DNA of 63,996 nucleotides, filler included, from Perkinsus olseni (lineage: Eukaryota): NCBI GenBank assembly GCA_013115125.1. It is 3 parts of 3 records of this genome, joined end to end, with 100 filler letters (N's around TTAATTAATTAA, not from the genome) between each part and the next. Parts side by side here need not be neighbours in the genome. Positions count along the whole stretch, not along the records: positions 1 to 22,649 come from JABANN010000534.1; positions 22,750 to 45,382 come from JABANN010000535.1; 1 more part is not named here. One strand, given 5' to 3'. The notes beneath the pieces are model-generated. The model did not search any database. It had not been told where the DNA came from and saw nothing but the letters and a program-made list of their open reading frames with translations. Positions within the stretch are counted from its first letter, which is position 1. Every line of letters begins with the position of its first letter. Positions 11,269-24,150 of the stretch are shown here, piece after piece. A program made the position numbers and the translations under genes.

Positions 11269-12164
11269 GTGGTCCCCTCAGAACGGATCGCTTCATGCGA
11301 GAGTCACTTGGTGACTAACCTTTTCTCTGTAGCAGTCAGTGCTACAATTTTGGCCGAGGGCAGTTGTTCAGTTGTCGAGTTCATTTGGCAGTCGGTCCGG
11401 TCGGCGTACATAAACAGATAGTGACTCACTAGTCGTCTAACAGGGCCGATCCACTTCCCCGGGACGCACGGTTGTGCCCAAGCCGTTTTATCTTCCAAAT
11501 GCTGCCAAGATACCACATTCTCCGTACTTCGTTTGCCACATTAATCCGCAGCGGGAGAGCAGCGCAGCCGCTCCAGCAACGCTCGTCGAATCTCGCTGTG
11601 CCTCTCCGAGATTTACCAACGAGTTCAGTTTGTAATCAGTTTGAATCGGTTCTAAAATGTGCTTAAAGAAGAGGCGTTTCGATTGACTGCTCAGCAGTCC
11701 TCGGCAGACAGCAGTCGAGCGGTTACACGAGAAGCTGCTGAGGTTGATCGAGAGATCATATCTCGGCGTCAGGTCTCAGGCATAACGCCGCGGATACGAG
11801 TATTATACGGCCCACAAGAATGAGAGGACGGTTTGACGAAGATACGCATAAGTTCTACTCACGACCACTTTACGTTGAACTAGTTGAAGTCCCGAGGCCG
11901 GCCAAAAACTGACCGGCCATAACTGCCAAAAAATTAACGTTGCATAAGAATCGACTCAAAACTGCGTGATCTTTCCGTCCGATCTGGCCTGCTGTCCGAC
12001 TTCCTATGGTGTCATCACTTGAAAGAACGGCAACAGCGTGGCAGATGGCGGTCTACAACAGCACAATCACGAACATGAGGACAGCATGAGGGAGCAGCCG
12101 CGGCGGCGGTGCTCTCAACAGAAGGCACATTGAATGGTATGTGATGATCGTGATGATGATGCTT

Positions 12165-13316
12165 TCATGTACACTGAGGATGTGAGAAGGCTCTGAAGAT
12201 GTTACTGATGCTACTCGTCACGGCGCCGAACTTGTCCTGGAGGCGCCCCATCAAGTTCCTCACACCAGCCTTGAACCGTGCCTTGCCGCGTCTTTGAGTG
12301 ATAGCCAGCAGGCCTTGTACTGACTCTGAGTACGGTCGGGCTCCCTTCAGCAGGGTTTCAGGGTTCGAGTCCATCTCAGTGAAATAAGTGTGCATCATCG
12401 CCCCCATCATGACCAGCCTCCCAACGTTGAGCCCGTGACCTTTCACGAGATTCCTGATCTCATTCGACAGGCCGTCAATAATCTCAGCGATCAAAGCGAT
12501 CATCTTCGACAGGCCCAGCAGGGCGCTGGACACCAGTGGCGGTGCGAACTCAGCAGAAGCCCCGAGGACGGAGGCTCCCACTGTCGCGACCATCGCTCCA
12601 ACGGCAGTACCGCAGTCGAAGGACGATCTGGCGCAGCCGAGGCCACAGGTTTTTACTAATCCGTTGGTGTTCTGCGAACAATCTGTTGAGCATCGTGAGC
12701 GTATCAGGCTTGGCTCCATCCCAGCAGGGCAGGGTTTGTAGCACTTCCCCATCATCAGCGACTCCCCGTGAGAACAGGGTGGGTCGATCATTCGACCGAA
12801 GCTGCCGTCCATCGGGCACTTGCACCAGAACATACGGTGAGTCTTGCCGAAGTAATTCTGAAACTCATCTTTGCAGAATTCCCGGCAGTTTCTTTTGCAC
12901 TTCCAACCGAACCCGGGTCGATTTCCGCTCAGACCGGGGCCGTCGCACATGGCTTTCCTCTTTTCCCTTTTTTTCATCAGTTTTCGCCAACAGAACTTCG
13001 GGCTCGATCGAAAGGACTCCGTCCACTCTACGGATTTCTCACGGATCCTCCCAAGCTCACCTGTCTCCGCCAGAGAGGCGACCTCGTCCAGATCAGAGTC
13101 CCCGATTGGTCCCCACTTGTCCTCTGGCCAATACTCGCACATCAGCTCCATGACATCGCGGTCCTCGCCAGACACAGCGTCGAAGGACCCTTGGCGACCG
13201 CAGAGGCCGTCATCGCCTGAGGTTGAGTTGAAGACCGGGAAGAGGTCTTCAGGGTAGGCCAGGGCGGCGAGTAGGAGGGTGGTCGTGGTGGAAGATACGA
13301 TGGTGGTGATGGTCAT
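12165..13316 (-). CDS. Intronless secreted Cys-rich protein (CYKPCP...CGLGCA...C module)
   Basis: 412-aa ORF. Likely start MTITTIVSSTTTTLLLAALA (signal peptide), Cys-rich middle, amphipathic/hydrophobic helical C-terminal half. Confidence 0.75.
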   Translation of the reverse strand: MTITTIVSSTTTTLLLAALAYPEDLFPVFNSTSGDDGLCGRQGSFDAVSGEDRDVMELMCEYWPEDKWGPIGDSDLDEVASLAETGELGRIREKSVEWTESFRSSPKFCWRKLMKKREKRKAMCDGPGLSGNRPGFGWKCKRNCREFCKDEFQNYFGKTHRMFWCKCPMDGSFGRMIDPPCSHGESLMMGKCYKPCPAGMEPSLIRSRCSTDCSQNTNGLVKTCGLGCARSSFDCGTAVGAMVATVGASVLGASAEFAPPLVSSALLGLSKMIALIAEIIDGLSNEIRNLVKGHGLNVGRLVMMGAMMHTYFTEMDSNPETLLKGARPYSESVQGLLAITQRRGKARFKAGVRNLMGRLQDKFGAVTSSISNIFRAFSHPQCT

Positions 13317-14178
13317 AGTAGAAAAGGGGCCTGCTGACGACGGTGATGAAGATAAGGGAGAGTGCGTAACGCAATGAGCTCTCGGGGAAGATGAGGACGA
13401 CAATGGGAAGCGATAGTCTACCCAAATTCACCATGGACGTATCCAAGGTTGAACCTCGGAAGATTCCAAGTAACTCAAGTATCGATCACATGCTCTCAGA
13501 GAGGATACTCGACGAGCGATCTTCACACCAACTGCACCCCTCCCGAAGGGAGGGCGTGATCAAAACCCTCGACTGCCAGCCTTACAACAAAGGCAGTGAG
13601 AAGATTTTCATCATCGGCCGGCCTCCTTTTTCCCAGTGAAAACAAGACACGTCAGGCGAGGTAGAATATACGGTCCAGAAGTGAGCCCCTCATCATCAGG
13701 CTTGACAGTCGGATAAACGAACGGCGCCCGTAAGGGCAAACTTCCGAGAATGATCGAAGGGCGTCCGAACGGCAGAACCACTCGGATTCTTGCTAAATCT
13801 TGCGCACTTACGGTTTCCTCAACGCGGCAGCCGTCTTCGTGATGAGCACGGTTGCCCAACGACCAGTCCAAACCGTCGCCTAAGCTGCTGCTATCTTTAC
13901 CTCTACGATCTCTAATGCCGCCCAAAAATCTGTTTTCGTGACTCCCGTCAGCTTCACGATGACTTCCGTGTCGCTTCGCCCTGCGACCGTCGCTGAGGTT
14001 CGAGCGCCGTCCTCTTCCGTCGTGCTTTGCGTGCTCCCTTTCGACCATCGTCGACCCTCTACTACTACCGACCAGCTCATCGTCATTATCATCACCTTTG
14101 CCTGGGTTCAATGCTGTTTACCTTCACTTACAGGCTCCTGGGTGTTGTTGCCCCTTTTTCTTCTCCCCCACTTCTGTG

Positions 14179-16515
14179 ATGCTCTCCCGACTGCTTACTC
14201 GCGGCCCTCTACGAGCCACCGCAGCGACCATCGCCGCCCGTACCTGCCTTCCGGCTACGTCCCGTCTTCTGCACACCACCGCCCCTCGGTTGGCTGCCAA
14301 GGTCGTCAGCAACCCCGTCGCCCGCTTCTCGATCAAGCCCTTATTCTCGCAGGTATCCCCGGCGGAGGTGACCTCAATCCTCGAGGAACGCATTGCTGGT
14401 TTCAAAGACCATAAGGACGTCGATGAGGTTGGCCTGGTCCTGTCTGTAGCAGACGGCATCGCCCGTAAGCTCCTCGGCAACCACACCAGCTCGCCATTCG
14501 AAACCCTTCCCTTTGGCAGGTATCTATGGTCTTAACAACGTCCAGGCAGGCGAGATGGTTGAATTCTCCTGCGGACTAAAGGTACCAGTAGCAGCAGCAC
14601 TCGATGATGATTCTATTAATAATTGCTTGCTTTAGGGTATGGCCTTGAACTTGGAGACCGATAATGTCGGTGTTGTCGTTTTCGGTGAGGATCGTAACAT
14701 TCTTGAAGGAGATTCCGTCAAGCGTGAGTGCTGCTGCCGCTACTCCTGTCCTCCGACTGAGAGTGTCCCCATGCAGGTACGAAGGCTATCGTTGATGTCC
14801 CCGTCGGGAAGGAGCTCCTCGGCCGGGTTGTGGACGGCCTCGGGAACCCGATTGATGATATGGGACCGATCAACGCCAAGCAACGTAGGCCGGCCGACGC
14901 TAGGTTGGGACTCGAGCGAAGACTTTCTGTTCCTGTTTCAGGCAGCCGCGTCGAAGTGAAGGCGCCCGGCATCATCCCTCGTCAGTCTGTGAGCGAACCG
15001 ATGAGTACTGGCCTGAAGGCTGTCGACTCCCTCATTCCGATCGGCCGAGGGCAGCGTGAGCTCATCATTGGGGATCGCCAGACCGGCAAGACGGCCATTG
15101 CTGTTGATACGATACTCAACCAGAAGCAGGTCAATGAGAACCCCGACCCGACAAAACATCTGTGAGGCACACTCGAGGTCGAGACGCCGACCAAAGATTC
15201 CTTTCAGTTACTGCGTGTACGTCGCCATCGGCCAGAAGCGATCCACGGTCGCTCAGATCGTAGAAGTGTTAAGGAAGTTCGGGTAGGCCTTCCCTGGGGC
15301 GATTCGGGTTGTTGTTTTCACCATTCCTCGTCAGTTGCATGAGCTACTCGACGGTAGTGGCGGCGACGGCCTCTGACCCAGCCCCCCTGCAGTATCTGGC
15401 ACCCTACTCCGGTACGAGACGGCCGGGCGACCTCTCCTGGATTCGCTAGAGCGTCGCTGTTCAGGCTGCGCTATGGGCGAGTACTTCCGCGATAACGGCA
15501 TGCATTCTGTCATCGTGTACGATGATCTCTCCAAGCAAGCCGTGGCCTACCGTCAGATGTCTCTGCTGTTGAGGAGGCCTCCGGGACGCGAAGCTTATCC
15601 TGGTAGGTCGAACGAGAGCATCGAAGAGCATCACCACCGGGTCTGCTGGTAGGTGATGTCTTCTATTTGCATTCTCGTCTACTCGAGAGAGCCGCGAAGA
15701 TGAACGCACGCACCAAGAAGGGTGGCAGCCTGACGGCCTTGCCGATCATAGAGACCCAGGCTGGCGATGTGTCCGCCTTCATTCCGACCAACGTCATCTC
15801 CATCACTGACGGACAGATTTTCTTGGAGTCCGAGCTCTTCTACAAGTAGGTTACAATTTTGTGGCGCGCGAACTGTCGTACCTATTTTTTCAGGGGAATC
15901 CGCCCCGCAGTAAATGTGGGTTTGTCCGTGTCTCGAGTGGGGTCTGCGGCACAGACGAAGGCGATGAAGCAGGTGAGTCGTCTCTCGAGCTGGATGTAGC
16001 CGATCGTGCGCCATCAGGTTGCCGGTACCCTTAAATTGGAGTTGGCTCAGTATCGTGAGGTTGCTGCCTTCGCGCAGTTCGGTTCGGATCTGGACCAGAC
16101 GACGCAGCAGCAGCTCCTTAGGTGGCCTAGAGTCTTTAGTTTCAGGATCTACGCGACTTGTCGTTATCTTCAGAGGTGGCATCCTGACCGAGCTTCTGAA
16201 GCAGAAGCAGTACAGCCCGATGGCGACCGAGGTCGAGGTTGTCACCATCTACGCCGGCGTTCGGGGATACCTCGATAAGGTCGCTCAGAAGGAGATCCCG
16301 AGGTGGGCGGCGCAGGGGGAATTTCGTGGCGCAGCGGTCATCGTGATGGCAGGTTCGAAACCATGTGGCTTGAGCACGTCTCACAGAATCACCCCGACAT
16401 TCTGAAGGCGATCAGAGCGGAGCATCTCATCTCCGACACGACCGAGGAGAACCTGAAGAACGCCATGGACGAGTTCCTCACCATCAACGAGTTCGAGGCT
16501 CGTCATGCCCAGTAG
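14179..16515 (+). CDS. atpA: Mitochondrial F1 ATP synthase subunit alpha, nuclear-encoded, 13 introns
   Basis: Arg/Ala/Thr-rich presequence [12 protein letters not shown]; motifs [31 protein letters not shown] (Walker A), [41 protein letters not shown]. All introns GT-AG, ~45-55 nt. Confidence 0.97.
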
Positions 16516-16796
16516 AACAATTTCGTGGCGCGTGACGTTGGCAGAGGCGCATCACCCGAGACAAGAGGCTGAGCCTTCTCCTTTTTCTTCAACATTGTGA
16601 CGATTATCGTGTTGTAGCCACAGTCTGCTGTTGCTGGTGCTCTGAGTCCGTCGGTGGCTCGGCGGCACCCAGACAGCTTTGTTTTGGTTTCGGCATTCCA
16701 AGGGTTTGCGTATCTTTCGTGGGTTCATACCATCTGTATCAAGTTGAGTTTTTGTCTTTGTTTCTTCCGCCGTTTTCCTTCTACCTGCGGTCAGCA

Positions 16797-19130
16797 ATGG
16801 GAATCCAGTCACGGCGCCTCAGAGGTGTCCGACTGCAGCTGCTCGACTTCGAGACAGACGCCAAGCAGATCGAGAAATTAACGATCCTGGCCAACGATAA
16901 GTGCGGCACTAAGAAATGTGAGTTGGACGAGGAGTGGTAGCGGGCTCCGACGGAGGCTCGGCAGGGCGGTCGATGCTCTCGACATTACGGCGAGAAGCGG
17001 CTGAGGACCAGAGGGTTGTTGTGACGTTCGAGCAGAGCGCTAGGACGAGAACTATAGCGGGCTTCCTTTGGTAAGCCATTCGCCCGGGTTCGATCCCTGG
17101 TGGGGGTATTTTTCTTTATGTTGCTGTTCATTGTGGTAGGTTCTCTCTGAACTCCTCCAGAGAAGCGATAATTAGAGACACTTGGGTGTCGCCTCGGCGA
17201 AGACGTCAAGGGCTGGCGTCCGATATGGTCAGCTGGTTCGATGATGATCGCCTCCCTCCCCCTCACTATGCTGGTGTAGGTGCTCCATCTCGTAGTGTTC
17301 TTGGTCGGCTCCCCGGCCCTGTCCGTGCCTCGTCGCCGTCGCAGTAGCAGCAGTGGAGGGGTCGCCACCAGCGGTCGTGTTGGCAGCGCAGCGCCGATCA
17401 CCGGAGGCTTCCTGGCCAAGCCCGAGCTACTCTCCTTACAGAAGTTACTGGCGTACCCTCTGCAAGGCTCATCTACCTTCTGGGCGTCTCTGGGCTTTGT
17501 GCGAGATCCGACCCTTCCGGGCTGTCTCAAACTCGACCGGGAAGATCTTGTGAGTTGTGCGATGGATGGTATGGCGGTATCTCTGCCTGGCTCAGATACA
17601 CTTGATACAGACTCGAGCTTGACGATGTCGCGCGCCACGAAATTGATGACGAAGTCGTCACTGTACCCTATTATTACGGTGTCTCTCACTAACGAGGGAG
17701 GCAGCGGTGTAACATAGATGAGGTGCCCCTCCCCCTCCAGGGGGGGGGTGGCTACTCGATACATGTATAGTTGATAACGTTGTATATCTTAGCAGAAGCA
17801 GCAGATGAGCTGACCACAACGCTGGCGGCCTGTATGGTACTGATGATACCTCTTGTCGAGGACTTGCGTGGGGGGCAGGGTGGTTGTTGTTGATGCGTTA
17901 CTGTCAGCCATTCTGTCGTTTCGCCTTCCTTCTCGTCTTTCCTCGTCCCCTTCTGCTCCACGGCCCTAATTTCCTGCCATTCATCATGAGGACACCGACT
18001 AGCACAACGCCAAATACCGCAGCATCGACGACAGACTCGCCCTCGCCGCCGACGACACCCGTGGCCAAGCGTTCTGGACGGACTCGAGGAGCCAAGCGGA
18101 AGACTCCCTCTGCCGCTCATTCGACGGTTAGCAGCATCTGCAGCAGCAGTGGTCGGCGAGGCGGCTTCGAGCCCGCCAAGGCAGTTCCCGAGGTGAGCTC
18201 GATCTTCGCTGCAGCCGCGGCTTTGATGCCTTTGCGTGCAGGTGCTCGGCTCCGTTCGACTGCGGTCAGTTCACGCGAGAGTTCTGTCTTGGAGTGCCGA
18301 CTCGGACTTGCTCGTCTCTCTACAGCTCGGGTCCGATGATGGTCTGAGAAAATGTAAGCGGAAGTGGTTCCTGGAGGGTCCTTCGTGAGGGTATAATAAT
18401 AGGGACGAGAATGCTGACGATGATGCGGAGAGATGGCGGCTCACAGTCCGATCCTGACCACCGCGTTGTCGTCATATTCGACGCCAATGTCTCGATGGCG
18501 AAGGAGCCTCGAGTGTCCGGTTTCATGTGGTAGGCGAGGGGAGGCTGCCGTGGGATGGAGCGTCGTATCTCTGGTAGGTTTAGCAGCAACTCCCCTAGCG
18601 AGATTATGATCCGAGACACTTGGGTGGACCCTCAGCGACGTCGTCTCGGAATCGGCTCCCGGATGGTGGGCTCAACATCATGGCTGGTGTCGGCTAAACT
18701 GCGCTCGTCTAGGTGCAAATCTTCGCGACGACGATGGTGTCCTCCCTGACGGGGGACCACAGCAGCAACTCGAGCAGCGGCAGCAGCAGTAGTGTATCAA
18801 CTCGGGCCTCGACGAGTGGCGACGAGTATGCAGCAGAGTATCAACCTGTGGACTTTGACCCGAAGATCTTCCGAGTGTTGGCCCTCCCCGCTCCGGGCAG
18901 CACCACCTTCTGGGAGAGCAATCTCTTCTCTGGAGATGGTCAGTCAGGAGGCTTCCTGCAGCTCACCTGGGACGCTATGGTGAGTTGAATAGCCGGTTGA
19001 GGACGGCTGATGCTTCTGTTCAGGTACGATTGGCCCAGCCCGGAATGGACGCGCCAGAGACGCCGAGTCGGAAGGCGGCCAGGACGTCATTGACGGCCTC
19101 TTCATCAAGAGAAACAACAACGACGTGTAA
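16797..19130 (+). CDS. Multi-exon protein with two GNAT acetyltransferase-like domains (could be two tandem genes)
   Basis: Spliced motif A copies IRDTWVSPRRRRQGLAS and IRDTWVDPQRRRLGIGS, each followed by a motif-B-like segment (PLQGSSTFWASLGF; PAPGSTTFWESNLF). Ser/Thr low-complexity linker between them. Confidence 0.7.
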
Positions 19131-19825
19131 GTGATGTGGAACAGCGTTGAGGAAATGCAAGATTGCAAGATCTTTGGAGCACGATCTTGTTCCGTTTTGA
19201 GAGGTTTCCTGTTGCTGCTGTTGCTCTCGTCGATAGTAGCGGATCTTGGCTGCTTGTGTGTTGAATGATGATGATATTATTGGTATTCATCATAACGTAA
19301 TATTTGCTTCGCTCCGCCCAAAAGATTCGTTGCTGATATCGTCGTCGTTGCTGCTGTACTATTGTGAGCTTCCCGTTGCCACTCTCCCGCCTTCCCGTCG
19401 AGGAGGAGTTCTTGTACCATCAGAAACATAGTTGAATTGCTGCCATACTTGAAGCCAGTGGTGGGCGTCGGCGGCGGAATTCTGATCGCGGTGGCGGCTG
19501 CTCCTGGTCCGTGTCGCTGATCGATTCATCCACCAGAGTTCCACTCAGTCCGTACCATTACCAGCTCCACGCTCAGGCATTGAGTTAGTCACCCCCAGTC
19601 AATCGTAGTGGTCACTGGGTCCTGCGGATAGAGGGATATCCCACGATGCTGATGCTGCGCCGGCAGTCTTCGACAGCCCGCCAGTTGAGCCATCGTGGCG
19701 GGGGGTTGATTCGTCCATTGATGTGATGGAAGGCCTTACTATCTGCCCTCGTCGCAGCGTGTGGTCAGCCTCCGATTTCTCGCCGGCTGCCGAGCTCCCT
19801 CCCACTCAGGATTGTGCATTTTGAC

Positions 19826-21702
19826 ATGTCTGTTGGTCGGCCATCAGCCTTATCGTCGTCGGCTGCTACTCCCGGAAGCAGCAGCAGCAGCAGCAGTCGG
19901 GATCCTTTGAAGAATCCATTTCAACTGGCATCGCAAAGCACTGACGTAATATTAGGGGGTTAGCGCGCGGGTTCGTACCACTCCTTTCGTAGTTCAAGCC
20001 TGTCAGCGGCTCTAATGCCTCTGCTGGCGATGAATCACCGGACGGAGCAGGAAAGCGCAGTCCTCCGGTCGCTGCCGCCACCACCCGAACGTACCACAGC
20101 GTAGAGGAGTTCATGGGCGGGTAGTGGAAGCGGAAAGCGTCCTTTTCGACCTGTAGTGGATTTTTAGGACTGATTTCGGAGGGCCCTCGGTTGGGACACT
20201 TCTCTCCTCGTGGGAGGGGGCCGCTGCGGCACTGAATGAAGGGAAATTCAAAGTCGCTGTGAGGATGGCAGAGGCAGGCGGGGAGGTGAGATGCTGAGGG
20301 AGCGTCCGGAGCATAGAGGGGTTGGCTCTCAGAATTCGACTGGGGAAGAGCGGCAGTTGTGGGGCGCAGTGAAGGTGTTCTCGCTGATGATGTTGTCCGA
20401 TTGGACTTTGGTGAGTTATGGATGGTCTGATGGGCGGCAGTTATGATCATGACAGGCTGGGGAGGAGATCGCCGCCATGCAGGAAGTGATGGAAGGGGAT
20501 GATGCTGACCTTGACGAGGCCAAGTTTTGGATATCGTTGTAAGGGGGTCTGCTGTGGCAGGCCAAACCAGCGTTTCTCGAGGCCCGCGCTGCAGGGTGAA
20601 CTAAACTGATATGCAAACCAATTTTTATGGAATAACTTGCTTATTTTAGAGGGCTTATTGACCCTCTACGAGGAGTTTACTCATAGTGATAACGAAAATT
20701 GATTGGCAATGTTCGAAACGGTTCTATCGTTCAACGCTATGTTATGGGGGAGCGAAAATTTGGTTGCCGTCGACACTCTGACGTGTGCAGGTAAACCTCG
20801 CTATGATCGTCTGCAGGTACTCCGCGCTGCTGCCGTGTTGTGCCTCTCCTTCACCGACCGTAGAGGTGCTCACGAGAGCATTTGGCCAGCTGCTCCGGAT
20901 AGCGGCCGCCTCGCCATGGCAGGAAACAGTCCTTCTGAAATCAGAGGCCCTACTGGCGGCTCAGATGGGGGACTTGGACGAGGTTGGCAATCTCTACTCA
21001 CGGCGATGATGAATCCCTGGCCGACAGGTTACTCGGTTGTATCGGAGTTGCCTGTTGCCGAGGGCGGCGGATGGCGATCATCGCGATGGACTTTTGGTGG
21101 AGCTGACGAATCTTCTGCTGCGAGTTGGAGGTAAATCCGTAGCAGCATATTTTGAACTGAATCGTTGCCTTTCACTCACAGCTCTTCCGGAGGCGGAAGA
21201 TACTCTGGCGGAGATACGGTCTGAGGGCTGCTCAGAGCACGCGAGGGCGTTGATAGCGCTGGCCAAGGAGGAGTGGGTTGGGGGCGTCCAGTCTCAAATT
21301 CTGTCACATTCCCTCTGTCAGTTACGCCACAGCATTGAAGTCAATCCAGAGATGTGCTCGCCCGTCTCGGAACATGGAAGCCTGTCTTCAGTTCTACCTC
21401 GGTCACATCACCCCGGCAACCACGGTAAGGTTCGACCTCGGAGGGAGTAGTTCGAATTGGATCGGTTAAGATACTCGAGGAGATGGTCCGAGGCCAGACG
21501 GCCACTCTGGACAGTCTGGCAAATTTGAGTGTTTTGTACAACTTCAAGTCGGCGGCGGAAGGTTGGTCGTTGTTGTTATCAGTTCACATTTGTTATCGTC
21601 TCCTCTCCTTCAGCCTCCACCGCTGAGAAGACTCTCCTGTCGGTGGTGTCATCCACTGGGCTCAATGATCGATTTGAATTATCAGCATTGGAAAGTCTAT
21701 AG
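19826..21702 (+). CDS. Multi-exon helical-repeat (TPR-like) hypothetical protein
   Basis: Exon chain from MSVGRPSALSS via GT-AG introns; helical segments EALLAAQMGDLDE, CLQFYLGH and ILEEMVRG..LANLSVLYNF; ends ELSALESL*. Internal exon structure not fully resolved. Confidence 0.45.
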
Positions 21703-22506
21703 TTGTTTCTGTTCAATGAGGCCTTCAAGTTTGCTGAGTATGGTGGCAAAACATCGAGAAGAGTGCTACATCTCTAGCACGATCAACTTCCATAATCAAA
21801 TCCCTCTTGAACCAAGATACATCGGAAATGCTAGTCCAACTCGGGGGCCGGCGTTGGACGTAAAACCCCCACGCACACGTCGTGAAGGCGCTGTTTACAC
21901 ACGAGCAATCTCCGACTATGCACGGAGCACGCCTCCCTTCCACTGGAGGGCTCAGATGCCTATCATTCCTAAAACAAGTTATCAGCGCTGCACGATGGGG
22001 CAGTGAACATCATCACGGTCACCGGGCGATCGCGAAGGGGTGGAGTCTATCACGAGTACCACTTTGCTGCAGCGACTTCGCAGTGACCAGTGGTAAGTTT
22101 GTAGTACTGCGGTGTGGGTGTGTCGGTAACTGTACTTGCTTCTACTTCCTCCGCCTCACACCCACACAGGAGCACGCGTCTGAATCGCATCGATCAATTA
22201 CGATGCGAGGTTTTCTCCTTTCGGGATGATATTATCGTGTCGGCGTGGATTGAAGGGGTGGGTGATGATCGATAACTTCCCTATTCGTAATGATAGAGAA
22301 TTGACTGTAACACAATCCCTAGGGAGAACTTTCCGTTGTGACACGAAATGCACTGTTGTTGTTATCATTTTTAATGTGTAGGACAGTCGTAATGATGGGG
22401 AAGTTGCTGAGTAAAGCAACAGCATGAGTAATGATGATAATCTACCAAAATCTATTACCAACTCATCATCGTGCTAATGACGAAGAGTAATGATGAATAT
22501 TCTTTA

Positions 22507-22647
<141 letters not shown>

Positions 22648-22649
22648 GA

Positions 22650-22749
22650 NNNNNNNNNNNNNNNNNNNNNNNNNNNNNNNNNNNNNNNNNNNNTTAATTA
22701 ATTAANNNNNNNNNNNNNNNNNNNNNNNNNNNNNNNNNNNNNNNNNNNN
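22650..22749. other. Assembly gap with artificial six-frame stop linker
   Basis: 100-nt block of N containing ttaattaattaa at 22694-22705. Confidence 0.95.
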
Positions 22750-22754
22750 CCGTC

Positions 22755-23345
22755 ATGATTCATGTGTTGGTGCAGTTCACTGGTGTTTCCGTCGCCACCT
22801 TCTTTCAAACATCTATTTTTCTTAAAGCTCGCCTGGGAAGACCAGACATCATGGCCATAACAGTTCAGCTCGTTACGGTGGCTGCGAACGCCGTCGCTTG
22901 CTGTTTTATCGAACGGTCTGGTCGGCGGCCTTTACTACTTAGCAGCTGCCTCGGTATGATGGTTAGCCAACTAGTGATGGGTGCATATTTCTATATGGAC
23001 CGCAATGGAACTGCATCCAATCTGGCCTGGCTCTCTGTGGTGTCGGCTTATCTCTATCAAATCGCCTACGCTTTTGGTAGTGGCCCAGTTCGGTTTATGA
23101 TATCATCGGAGATCTTCCCTGACCAAATCCGTAGCTTCGCAGCAAGCATGTCAGGACTCTTCAACGGGGTGAGCTCGGGCGTGTGTCTCGTCACACTCGA
23201 ATATGCAATATCGGGTACGTCTATCGAGGCGGTCTTTTGGTTCTTCGCCTGCATCGCAGCGATGCTTTTCACTTTTGTCTATCTTATGGTCCCCGAAACC
23301 AAAGGAAAGAGCTTGGATGAGGTCCGCGCTCTCTTCGTACATTAG
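22755..23345 (+). CDS. Sugar porter (MFS) copy 1, 5' part lost in the gap
   Basis: ERSGRRPLL, GPVRF.ISSEIFP and VPETKGK motifs. Confidence 0.9.
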   Translation: MIHVLVQFTGVSVATFFQTSIFLKARLGRPDIMAITVQLVTVAANAVACCFIERSGRRPLLLSSCLGMMVSQLVMGAYFYMDRNGTASNLAWLSVVSAYLYQIAYAFGSGPVRFMISSEIFPDQIRSFAASMSGLFNGVSSGVCLVTLEYAISGTSIEAVFWFFACIAAMLFTFVYLMVPETKGKSLDEVRALFVH

Positions 23346-24150
23346 CCTCTGCCTTCTTTCGTGTAGTTTTAGTTATAATTTGATTTGTTGATTCTCCCAG
23401 CTGAGGCCCACGATTCTCGGATAAGCGGTGTTGTAGAGCTTGGCCTGGACATGTACTTTTATAGGGCTCAAGGAGTGCCGTTCTGCTAGACTTCATCTCA
23501 GTGGAACCAGTTTGGTTGGACGTTCCATTTTGGATCCGTGCGTTGGAGGGTGTCCCATAGCTTCTCACCTAACTTCCAGAGCAAGTTTTCGTAAGTGATT
23601 GATTGTTCGATTACGATATGGTGAGCGGACATAGTTGGTGGAGAGGCGTTTCATTAATGTATTGGTCGAGTTTCGTTCCGATATTCGTCGTCGGCTCCCC
23701 GCAGCAGCTTGCGAGGGAATTTTTCTGAGAGGTCAAAACCTCGGCATTGTGGTACTTAGACGGTTCAGAAGCAGCCCCAGGGGTGCTCGACCAGCCCAGC
23801 GCATCCCGCATGGGGAGATAGACTGCTACAAATAGCTGACTCTGTCCTAGATGGACAGCTGCGATCGGTCTTAAATTCGAACTCAAAGACGCAGACACAT
23901 GCTCACCACCTGGAAAACCATCGTTAGCGCTGCTCTACTTGATATGCCCGATGAGCAGCAATTCGATGCCGCGTTACACTGATTGTCATGCGGTTGTTCA
24001 CCGACCATTCGCACAATGGTGTCCCCATGGTGCACGCAGGCCCCAGGCAGTTCGAGACTTTTCTTCGAAAAACTCGTGCAACGTTTCTTCGCGCCACAAT
24101 CCCCAATCTCAATGCAATCGTGTTGCCCAAGTAATAGATACCTTTTATGA

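Noticed and set aside
22650-22749. TTAATTAATTAA palindrome inside Ns (also 45427-45438)
   Set aside because: Artificial scaffold linker with stops in all six frames; not biological.
23464-23472. Relict spliced leader (ggctcaag)
   Set aside because: Only the last 8 nt match, and it is not upstream of a start codon.
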